From Thalia democratica (Eukaryota), in contig OZ241833.1 in NCBI GenBank assembly GCA_965202585.1, positions 26,970,001 to 27,034,000 of the forward strand: DNA of 64,000 nt, given 5' to 3'. Numbering within the stretch: the first letter of the stretch is position 1; every line of letters begins with the position of its first letter. The notes below the pieces were generated by a model. That model did no database searches, was not told where the DNA came from, and saw nothing but the letters and a program-made list of their open reading frames with translations. The position numbers and the translations under genes were made by a program. Positions 1 through 11,000 of the stretch are shown in pieces.

Positions 1-75
1 GGAGCTATTAACTCTTTTATTTTTTATATCATTCCAATTTTCGAGCCACCTCTTGAGAAATTTGTTGGTGTAGAT

Positions 76-378
76 CAGGGGTTGGCAAACTGCAGCCCAC
101 GGACCAAATGAGAGCAAACATTTTTTACTCACAAGGTACTATTTAACTGATAAAAAATTTTTTAAAAGCAATAAAATATGATGTTAAAAATTACAATTAC
201 AATTTTTTAGTAAATACTCTTTAGTAGTGCTCTATTGTTATTTTTTCAATTTTTTTGTTTAAAAAAGTATTTTTACGTTTTCTTGTATGACTATTTTAAA
301 ATGCAGCAGACTTTTTTCTATATAAGCTTTTTTGTTTGTAAAACTTAACTGCGACTTACAAAAGGCTGCTGACTCATG
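76..378. mobile_element. hAT-like MITE (decayed)
   Basis: Left end CAGGGGTTGGCAA, decayed right end CTGCTGACTCATG; flanked by gtgtagat / gtctaggt. Confidence 0.55.
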
Positions 379-386
379 GTCTAGGT

Positions 387-644
387 CAGGGTTTCCCAAA
401 ATGGGCCCAGTGGCCTTTATGGGGCCATGACAGATTCTCAGCGGGCCATGTGCAGTTAAGGAGCCACGTAGGTGCCATGAGCTCATAATTTGAAACTTAG
501 TCTAGATATTATGGAGTTGTTGATAAAAAGCATAAAAAAAGGGCTTAGGTGCTTTTAGTATTAGTTTTTTGAGTAATCTCGTTAAACCATAGCTTTTTTA
601 ATTTCTTTAAAGGGGGCAAGTTAAAAATAGTTTGAGAAACCTTG
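387..644. mobile_element. hAT (Charlie-like) MITE, CAGGGTTTCCCAAA family
   Basis: TIRs CAGGGTTTCCCAAA / TTTGAGAAACCTTG; 8-bp TSD gtctaggt / gtctagat matches the NTCTAGAN target known for Charlie hATs. Confidence 0.8.
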
Positions 645-1364
645 GTCTAGATAGAAACTAATGAGTATTGAATAAAAAGTAAATATTCAGATGCTTAGTT
701 TTTAAGAGTTGCAATATAAATAACTTTGTTAGTTTATGTTCAAACATACATTAGAATTACTAAGGTATTTTAAGATGTAAAACAGTTATTTCAAAGTAAA
801 TTTTTGTGGCCTTCAATTTTAAGGTTAGCAAAAAACCCTGATCTGGTATTTATTTGTTTTGAAACAGGAAAATTAGTTTGTATGCATTATCTTTTGTTGG
901 AAATATGTCAATATAGAACAAAATAATTAAAAGTTTTAAAGCCATATACTAACAACATTTAGAATATAAAACAAACTGCATAGGAATTGAGAGTTAATGA
1001 TGTTTCTAAAAACGTGTTTTTATTCATAAGAAGTTTAGAAAATACTTGAATAAGTTTTTTATACTTAACAACTAATCAAATTTTTGAAAACATGACAATT
1101 TCAAGTTCCAAACAAACGTACTAACATCTCGAAGACTTTTTCAACATTAACTAGCTACTCGTACTCAATAAGTAATATCAGGAAAATTACTTTACCTGGA
1201 AAAACCTGAAATTTGACAATCTAGGCAAAAAAAACCTGGAAAACCCTTGCAAATATTTTGAAAAAACGGCTGGCAACCCTGTAATATACAAATTTGATAA
1301 AAAAATCGTCTAAAATAAAAAATAAGTACAATAAATTAACCAAAAAAAAATCAAAACGTCCCAG

Positions 1365-4300
1365 GCGGGCGAGGAGGCTCTGATGGAGGCGCAGAAGTCG
1401 ATCAGGGAGCTGTTCGACAAGATCAGGTCCATCAAGGAGCGGGCGGAGCAGAGCGAGCAGATGGTGGAGGAGATCACCAGGGACATCAAGCAGCTGGACG
1501 TGGCGAAGCGGAACCTGACCACCGCCATCACCGCCCACAACCACCTGCACATGCTCATCAGCGGCACCGACACGCTGGAGACTCTGACCGCTAACAAGTT
1601 GGTTGCAGATTTTTGTACAAGTTGTTATAGAGCAGTGGTCGGCAAACTGCTGCCCGCGAGCTGATTAATTTTTTTTTAACTAGTTAGATATATTAACATT
1701 CTCAAAAAACAAAAATTAGGTTTTAGTACTATCTTTAAAGAATAATCTAACGCCTTTTTTTTGTTTAAAAAAGTATCTTTAAATTTGTTTTTTAAAGCAC
1801 ATAAAAAACGTTCCTCTTTTGACCTGCCGACCCCTGTTGTAGAGTGTTGAATAACTTTACGTTAAACCAAAACTGATCTTACCATGAAAATAACTTTTTA
1901 AAATGTCTATTATATCCTGTAAAACATTGTATGTTTATATCCCAATAAATTTCACCACTAACAGATTAGTTTGTTTACAAGTGTAGTAGGGACATCGGTA
2001 AGGTACGCTGCTTGAACCAAGGCAAAAGTGTGTACCTTGCGTAGAATGCGTATCTTTCAGTTATGAGAAAATTTTTACCCTGTTCGCACTGTTTAATAAC
2101 TAGTATCTTTAACTTTTAAAATAAAAATACGGACTATTGTAGTTTATCTTAAAGTTACAATATTTTTTCAAAAAAGTTGTTTTATTTTGAGTTAATTATA
2201 TTGTAACCATGTTTTCCTTCATTTAGTTTTATTTTTAATATAAAATATCTTAAATTTGTTTTTGTTTTTTTAGGACAGTGTGGAACTACTGAAGAATTTT
2301 TAAAAATCTAAAAGAAACAAAAAAAAGTTTTTTATAGTTTAGAGTAGGAAACAAAACTACTTTTATATTATTATTCTAATTTATTTTGCACATAAAAACA
2401 GCCTTAATACAAATAAGTAATAATACTAGACTGTTCTTGATTTAGTATGAGCAGCAAAAATTACTGGCAATCTTAATAGTAAAAAAAATATATCAATAGG
2501 TAAGATCATTAAAATAAAAATTCACAAGCTATTTTAGATTCCAATTAGTTGATATGTAATAGAAAACCTATCTTTAGTATTTAAATATTTAGTTTAGAAA
2601 TGTTATAAGAAAACTGTGCTTAGTTATTTAAGCCATCAATTAAAGCACAATAACGTTTAAGTATATATTTTCAACTTTACTAAAACATACTGCTTTATTT
2701 TTAGAATCTACCTGAAAAATAATAACTAAGTGTGAGCTTTTATTTCGATTATGTAACTAATTAAATAAATTTAAAAAAAAGTTAACCATTAACTGTTTAT
2801 TTCCACCAACCAGCTATAATGACTAATATTAAGAAATTCTTGTCTAAATATAGCGAATCTAAATTATTAACAGTATTTAATTACAACTTCGAACAATAGT
2901 TAATAAATAACTAAACGTATATAATTATATAATATAAATCTACCTTCAAAATCAAATGAGGGCATTTAAATTACTGACGTAAAATAAATCTAGCTACCAA
3001 TTAAAACAACCGACAATAGCTTAGATTTAATTTTTTTCAAATAAAAAAAAACTTTCTATTTAAAATAAGCTATAGGAATTTATTTTTTCGGAGAGCGTTT
3101 TCACCATACATGGGGCTACGTATAGAAACCTTTTAAAATAAAGTTACCTCAAAATGAAATTTATTGATATAGAACAAACCTTCAATAGATTTTTTTTAAA
3201 CCTACCTTGAACCAACATAAGTTAGACACCAAAAACGCAGGGTTAAAATATTTTTAAACAAACCTACCTTGAATTAATTTTATTATTTCACAAATTATAC
3301 ACAGAGAGTACGGCGAGGCGGCGGGATTGTTGCAGGGAGTTTTGAACGTGATGGAGCAGTTCGACTCGTACAAGCAGGTGGACACAGTCAGGTAAGAAAA
3401 AATTAAGTTGACATACAAGGTGTATATTAAGTCGTAGTACGTATGCATTTGAAAATACTCGTATTTAAACTTATCAGTTAAAATTGTTTTTACTGTTAAG
3501 ATTTTTTTTTTTTTCTTATCTTTTTATTTGTGGAACGAATGGTGTTTTAATTGTTACTACCTTTTAAAAAAGGGAGTTGTCAACCAAAGTGAAGAAAATC
3601 AAGGAAGACCTGACCAAGCTGGTCATAGGCGAGTTCGATCGCGCCTTCGGTGATTCCCCGCACCAGAAAGACTTGGGCGTGCTGAGGCAGTGTTGCGAGG
3701 TGGCGGACGTGTTGGAGGCGCGGGTGAGGCGGGTGATGCTGAAGCGGTTTCTGGGCAACCAGTTCAACGAGTACCTGGTTTTGTACGACAGCAGTCAGGA
3801 GGACGCGTGGCTCACCAACATCACCAAGCGGTACAGGTGGGTGGATTAATTGGCAAATAGTTTTAGTGTTTTAGAATAAATGAAGTCGAAGTGTTTTTAA
3901 ACTTAAAAAACGAGTTAATATAGTATCTCTTTCGAGTCTGCTTTTGGTGCTTTTTTTAAACAAAAAACCTTTTTATAATAAACTTTTTATTTTGTTTGTT
4001 CAATGAGTTTGTTGATATATTTCGTCTTTAAAGCAAGTAACCATTTAGCTTTTTTAGTTCAAACATAAACTTTTTTATCTTACAAGTATCAAAAATCATT
4101 TGAACGAAAAATTGTTATTCACACAACAAAACAACCACCATTAACCATTCAGATGGGTGAAGGAGCTGCTGGTGTCTTTCGAGGAGACCCTCTCACCCAT
4201 CTTCCCCAAACACTGGGAGGTTTCCGAGGAGATCGCGGTGGAGTTCTGCCGCATCACCAGGGAGGAGCTGGGCAAGGTGATGCGGCAGCGGCAGTCGGAA

Positions 4301-6813
4301 ATTGACGTCAATTTACTATTGTTCGCCATCCAGGTTCGTTATTTGTTGTGCAGACTTGAGAAGGTTTTTTTAAAGTTGCAAGATTGGCTGTGAACAAATT
4401 TTAAAAAGTACTCAAGCATGCCACATAAAATGAAATACAGTAACCTCTCGCTTATTTACGCACATTGCGTCCACAGAAAAAAATGCGTAAAGATACGAGA
4501 GATCGTAAAGATACGAGAGGTACCAAATATACTTACTATAATGGCTGTTTTTTGATAATGCTTCTAGTTAAAAGCAGACTGGGTACTTTCTTACTTTTAA
4601 CAAATTGTTTACTTTATTTATAAATCTGAAAACAAAAAATAAAACTATACATCCATTAAAAAAAAGGATTCAAATTTATATAAAATAATACTACTAGTAA
4701 AAAAAAATACTAATTCTAATAACAAGTAGATTTTGTCTTAATTTGTATGTGACTTTTTTGATACTTAACATTTATATTCTTATGTACTTGGCAAGTTCAA
4801 CTTATAAATAAGCATTAGTTTACAATAAAGAAATGGTGTGATGTCTATATTAAAATCTGTTTCTATAGTCTTCTACAAAAATATGCATTTGGTGCTGTAA
4901 TGGACTTCTTCTTTTGAAGAAAAATATATAAAATATAAGAAAAATGATTAATAAAAGTTGTTTATGTTACTACATTTATTTTTAGTTTGACCTCTACCCA
5001 TATAAGGATAAACTTAAATTTAATCTCTTATTGTTAACAAAATTTATGATATACTGAGGTATAACTAAATGTTCATCAATTAGTAGAGGAACATAAGTAT
5101 ACAAAGTCTAAAGATATAGAGAGGTGTATTAGCATTTAAAAAAATATTTTAAAATAAAAATAAACAGTAGACCTCATTTGTGCAGTTAAAAGAAAAATTA
5201 AAATTTTTATTTTTGAATTTTTTGGAACTTTAAAATGCGTAACTAAACGAGAGTGCGTAAAGATGCGAGAGGTTACTGTAAATAATTAAATATATAAGAA
5301 ACTTTACATCAAATTAATATTAAAAAATTTAGCGTTATTAAATGTTTTGTTTGTTTTAACTCAAAATATTGTTATCCAGCACACGAAAAAGTTTGAGAAA
5401 TTATTAGCCGACCGCCTGACTGGCGCCACCGTGCGGAGGGCCAAATCCGCCGAGGCCGCCACCAACCCATTCCTGCAGGGAGAAAAGAAAGAAGTTGAGG
5501 AGAAAGTCGATGAGGAAGGGGAAAGCCCGTTCGTGAGAATAATCTCCGTCTGCTTCGAGCCGCACCTGCACATCTACGTGCAGTCGCAGGACCACAGCTT
5601 CAGGGAGCTGATGGGCAAGTTCGAGCGGGACATCAGCGAGAAGGTGGAGGCCGTCAGGAGCGGCAAGTTGACGGAGAGCTTCGAGGGGGAGGAGCTGGCC
5701 AGCTGCGGCGTCCTCTTCACCTGCTACCGGAAGTGCCTGAAAAACTGCTTCGAGCTGTCCACCGGCAAGCCCCTGTGCGACTTGGCGTTGATATTTCAAA
5801 AGTACTTGAGGGAGTACGCGAGCAAGATCATGATGAAGAACCTGCCCAAGCTGTCCAACCAAGCCTCCAGCAGCTCGGCTTCGAGCGTCCCGGGTCCGCT
5901 GAGCCTGCAGGCGGTGACCAACCTGATCCTGAAGGACAACCAGGCCAACCAAAACTCCAGGCTGAGCGACGGGGAAGTGACGTTGACCTGCTCCATCCTG
6001 ACCACCGCCGACTACTGCCTGGACACGGTGGCGCAATTGGAGGAAAAGCTGAGGGAGAGGGTGGACGGCCACCTGAAGTCCAAGATCAACATGACGGAGG
6101 AAAGGGACATTTTCGGGTCCGTCATCTCGAACTGCATCTACTTGTTGGTGCAGGACCTGCAGCTGGCCTGCGAGCACCACTTGAGCGACATGTCCAAGAG
6201 GTCGTGGACTTCGTTGGACTCGGTGGGCGACCAGAGCTCGTACGTGACCCTGGTGGAGGCCTGCTTCAAGAAGACGATCCCGCTGGTCAGGGCCAACCTG
6301 TCGAAGGCCAGGAAGTACTTCACCCAGTTCTGCGTGAGGCTGGCCAACTCGTTCGTGGCCTCGTTCGTCTTCCACCTGTCCAAGTGCAAGCCGATTTCCA
6401 CGGTCAGCGCCGAGCAGCTCCTCCTGGACGCCCACTCCCTCAAAACCCTCCTCCTCGCCCTCCCCTCGATCGGCTCCAAGGCTCCCAGAAACGCCCCCAG
6501 CTCCTACACGCGCGTCGTGGTCAAGGGCATGACCCGCGCCGAGATGCTGCTGAAGGTCGTCATGACGCCGCACGAGCCCACCGCCCAGTTCGTGGCCTCG
6601 TGCATGCGGTTGCTGGTGGAGGCGGACCAGGACCAGGTGCAGAAGGTGGTGGACATGAAGGGGCTGAGGAAGGTGGAGCAGGCGCCCATACTGGAGGCGT
6701 TCCGGCGGGGGCTGAAGATTTCGGATAAGGGGAATTCCCTGAACAAGCAGGAAAGCGACGATTCGTCGTTCAGGATCAAGAAGCTGGAGAACTTGATCAA
6801 GAAACGCTTGTAA
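1365..6813 (+). CDS. VPS53: Vacuolar protein sorting 53 (GARP/EARP subunit), 5'-partial, 5 exons in window
   Basis: Exons 1365-1597, 3305-3391, 3573-3836, 4153-4333 and 5380-6813 join in frame through GT-AG junctions (2199 nt, 732 aa + stop). The translation matches VPS53 motifs I recognise: [98 protein letters not shown], and C-terminal [12 protein letters not shown]. The N-terminal ~80 aa lie upstream of the window. Confidence 0.96.
1633..1836. mobile_element. hAT-like MITE in VPS53 intron
   Basis: TIRs CAGTGGTCGGCA / TGCCGACCCCTG; TSD ttatagag / ttgtagag; subterminal GCCCGCG. Confidence 0.75.
4438..5278. mobile_element. pogo/Tigger-like non-autonomous element, TA TSD (VPS53 intron)
   Basis: TA|CAGTAACCTCTCGC ... 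GCGAGAGGTTACTG|TA, with repeated subterminal (G)CGTAAAGAT motifs; a second copy lies at 30476. Confidence 0.88.
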
Positions 6814-8099
6814 GCTTGTTTGCCCTCGTTTTTATCTATGCTTGACATTTTTGTTTAAAATTGCTGGCTGCGCAAAATACAATGTTTTTGTTAGATTGTT
6901 GTCCATTTGTATGTGTAGATATTTTTTGTGAAATAAGTATTTTTGTATCCACAGTACTTTCATTATATTATTATAATTTTACTCGTTACATTTAAAGATT
7001 TGTTCCTTTTATGTTAGTAAAATGTTTATTGATTTTTTTTTATAAATTTTTATTTATGTTGTGCTATGCTTCACATATTATTTGCTTTATATTTAATTAT
7101 TTATCAGATCTCTATAATAATTTTAAAATTCTTAATTAATTGTTATTTATTTTTGTAGTTTATAACTATACTCTAGTTTCTAAACTTAAAAATTTTAAAT
7201 TTCAACACTGACTTTTGCTTACAAATATAGTTGATTAAAAAAAAACTATTTCATAATTTACGTTTCTATGTTTTATTTGTTTTAGATCGAATAATTTTTT
7301 TTATCAATATAATTTACATTGACTGCTTCTATTTTCCTGAAAAAAAAAACTAATTAAAGCTTTTAACATTGTACATGTTCGTAGTTATTTATTCTAATCA
7401 ATGTTAAAAGCTTTCTAATTTTTACAATTTTATTTAGTTTTTAAGTAAGTTTTCAATTATTTTTAGCTTCTCTTTTTTCAATTCCATTGAAAAATTTTGA
7501 TTTAAGTTTGAAAAACTCTCTCTTAAACTAACATTTTACTAGTAGAAAATTGTTTTAGTTTATCTATATACTTTACTAGGTAAAATAAAACATTTATCAT
7601 ATCAAGCTCAAAACATGTTATAAAAAGAAGTTCTAAATCAAAAAAAATCTTTTATCTGATTTGTTATAACTAATTTTTTTAAATAATACTTTAACCACAA
7701 CTATTTATACATAATAGGGTTTTTTAAACAATACTTTTAATTAAAATATGTTTCAACCTTTATACTATGATAGTAATTGTTAATTACCCTAAACAATTTT
7801 TTTCAAATAAATCTTTGGTTTTGTTGGTATTTGCACTATTTGTAAGCATTTTAGGTTTTTTTTGAAATACAATTCTAAAACTATAGATTTTTGAGCTGTC
7901 TAAATAATTTAAGTTTTTAGAATTAGTACTTTCGCATAAATTGCTTTTCAATTAATTCCAGTTTTTATAGTTTCCTATTTAAAAAATCTTATTTCTTGAA
8001 ACATTTCTTTTTTAAACATATAAAAACAACATGCACACATTGTTCATATTCTATTTCTGTGTTTGCAATTTTTTCTAACTACTTGTTATATTCAGCAGA

Positions 8100-11000
8100 A
8101 TGGAAATAGATAATGTTTTAATTTGCTTTCTGGTTTTTCTGACGTCTAAATCCATTTCGAAAAAGCAGCAATTGTCATTGAAAGTAGATATTGGTAATGA
8201 TGAAAGTCACAGTTTTCCATTGGATGTAGTGTTTGGTGAAAAACATGCACAATATGGTAAAGAAGGCTCACTTGTAAGTTTTAATGCATTTTTCTTTTTA
8301 GTGGAAACAGTTCAAGCTTTTTTTGCACGCCGTGTTGATGTGCTAAAAACTAAGAAAGTACGTTTGTTAATTAAAAACTTTGAGATGAATGTATTTTATA
8401 CATAAAGAAACAATGTTTTTAGTATTATCGCAAAATGAATATTTTTAGCCTAATTTACTATAATCAGGACTAGACACAACAACAGTCATAAAAAAAGTTC
8501 TGTTGTATTAATGAAACAAGTTTTATTTTTAAGTTTTGTTCCAAAAAAAATATCTTTGTTAATAGCAATTAAATTATTATTAGCACAACGTTTTAATATT
8601 TGAACATATTTTTTGTGGCTATGTTAGTCCGGGTTCCCACTTACTGAGGCCACTCAGACTAGTTTGATGTTTTTTTCAGTCAACATGAAAAGTTCAGGCT
8701 TGTTTGAAGTGTTTTTTTTTAATTTTTAGTTTTTTTTTCTAGTTTTGAGTAACTATTTTATTTCATTTATTTGAAATCATGTTTTCTATAGATGTTAAGT
8801 TCTTTTGTTATTACCTGAATTTTGTAAGTGTTTCAGCTTGAGTAACATTTATTTAATTTTTAGCTCTTTTTTACTCATAAACTCAGGCTAGCTTTTGGTT
8901 ATTCAGACTTCCTTTTTACCTCAAAAAGTAGCAACCCTTGTATGTTCTCGAATGTCATTAAGACATTGACCTTACTAATATTTTCCTTAGTTAACTTGAC
9001 TTCTATAACCTTAAATTAGTTGTCATCATAATGTCTACAAACACGAAAATCTTTACACTAATTAGTCTTATAAAATTTAGTTAACTATATGAAAACAACA
9101 TATAAAATAAAAGTTTCAAGGATATATCACTTTAAACCAGGGTTTCCCAAACTCATTTTCATAATATTAAGTTGGCAGAAATTAAAAAGCTTCGCCCACT
9201 CCTTTTTAACATATCGCCCCTTAATTAATCATTTACCAATTTACTTTTTTGCCCTCTTATTGCTTGTTGCCCATGATAGCCAAAAATCACCTCAAAGGGA
9301 ACCCTGTTTCAAACTAGGTTGTACAAAATGTTTAACCAAAATACCTTATTTCAGCATTTCATTCAAATTTCATTCAAACTAGTAGTTACTGAAGCAAAAA
9401 GCTAACTTTTTTGGTATTTAATTCAAGTTTCACTTAAGTTGTGCTAAACTAATAATGTAAAGAAAAAGATAACTATCTTGATGTATTACAATCAAATTAT
9501 GTTGTGTTAATAAGCTTTTAAATTTTAATCTTTTTATTTAAGAGCAAAACTACTTACTAACTATCTAGGCAAATAAAAGTGCTTGTATTTGTAAACTTAA
9601 TGTCAAAAGAAAATACTTTTTTCAGTTCTAGTAGTTTAGTATTGAGTGCGCTTGAAAACTAAATTTTAATTCATTTTTTTACAGATGATGTTTGATGAAG
9701 TTGAAAACAAAATTTACATGTCTTCATCTAAATACTCACATGTGAAAATTGCTCTTGTTTTTGTCAAAGGTATTTTCGATTGTAAATCTATCAGTTGGTG
9801 ATACGCTTTTAGTAAATTACTTTGTTTTATAATCTCCGCATAAAAATGCTCATTTAATAATTCAACAATAAAAAATATGCTTTATAAATGTTTTGAAATT
9901 CTCAAACTGTTTCAACCTTAAGTAAAAACGAGTTATTAAAATTAAAACAGTTAATTCCTAAGCACTAACAAAATTTATCTGTGTATATTATACCTTGATA
10001 ATGCATCTATCTATACCAATGTTTCCTTTTTTTTTCAAATGTCCCCCTTCGAATAAATAAAAAAGGCTGTGGCCCCCTCCAACAAGACTACTCAAAAAAC
10101 TACCATTTAAAAACACCTAAGATCTTTTTTTGTTTTTTTTTTTGCTATTCATCTGCAACTCAAGAAATATCTAGTGTAAGTTTCAAAATTATTAATAAAA
10201 GCACCTAAGACCTTTTTTTGCTCTTCATCTGCATCTGAAGAATTTCTAGTGTAAGTTTCAAAACTTTATGACTGCCCAAAATTTTTAAAAATACTCTCCC
10301 TCCCTTTACTAGTTATTGCGCCCCGACTTACTAAAATTGTACCCAGGATGGCGGTACCACCCACTTTGGGAAACCCCTATTTGTACAATAATCTATATTT
10401 TTTGTAATATTCTGTTAAAATTAACTTGTACACAACTTATCTTATGCTTTTAAGGTCTGTTAAGGACTATAATGGGGGTCTCAAGCAACTTTGAAAAATT
10501 AAGAATGGCTTATGTATAAAAGAAGTTTGTTTGAGCTTCAACTTACTTATAATGTTTTTCATTTGATATATATTTAGTTTTGTAAAATGAGTTTTATAGG
10601 ATAAAGTTAATTCTTTTTTCGAGTTCAGTTTTCTTAAGAACTAAAAACATCACTAAAATTATTTCACTCCTAGGTTTTAAATATAGGTACCACAAATTTA
10701 AAATTATAATTCCTTAGTTTGATTTGAAAAGTGTAGCGTAGAATAAAAAAATATATATGGCTAAAACTAGTTACTAAAATAAAGTTTTTTTTATCGATTA
10801 GTGTTTTTGTTAAAAAATTAAAAATAATATCAAACAATTTTTTAATAAGGATCATAATTAAAGAAAACAATTTATTTAACTAGTTTTTGATTTGTTTTTT
10901 AAAAGGAATAATAATTAATTTTCATTTATTGTGCTACTTAATCATCTCTTTACAGCTAGTAAGTTGAAAAATACTTTTGTTTTTAAATAAAAATTGGTTT

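Noticed and set aside
5404-6728. Long ORFs 5404-6573 (-, 389 aa) and 5733-6728 (+, 331 aa), plus smaller ones overlapping VPS53
   Set aside because: Shadow frames produced by the strong GC3 bias of the real VPS53 exon; low-complexity G/Q/V/R translations with no domain.
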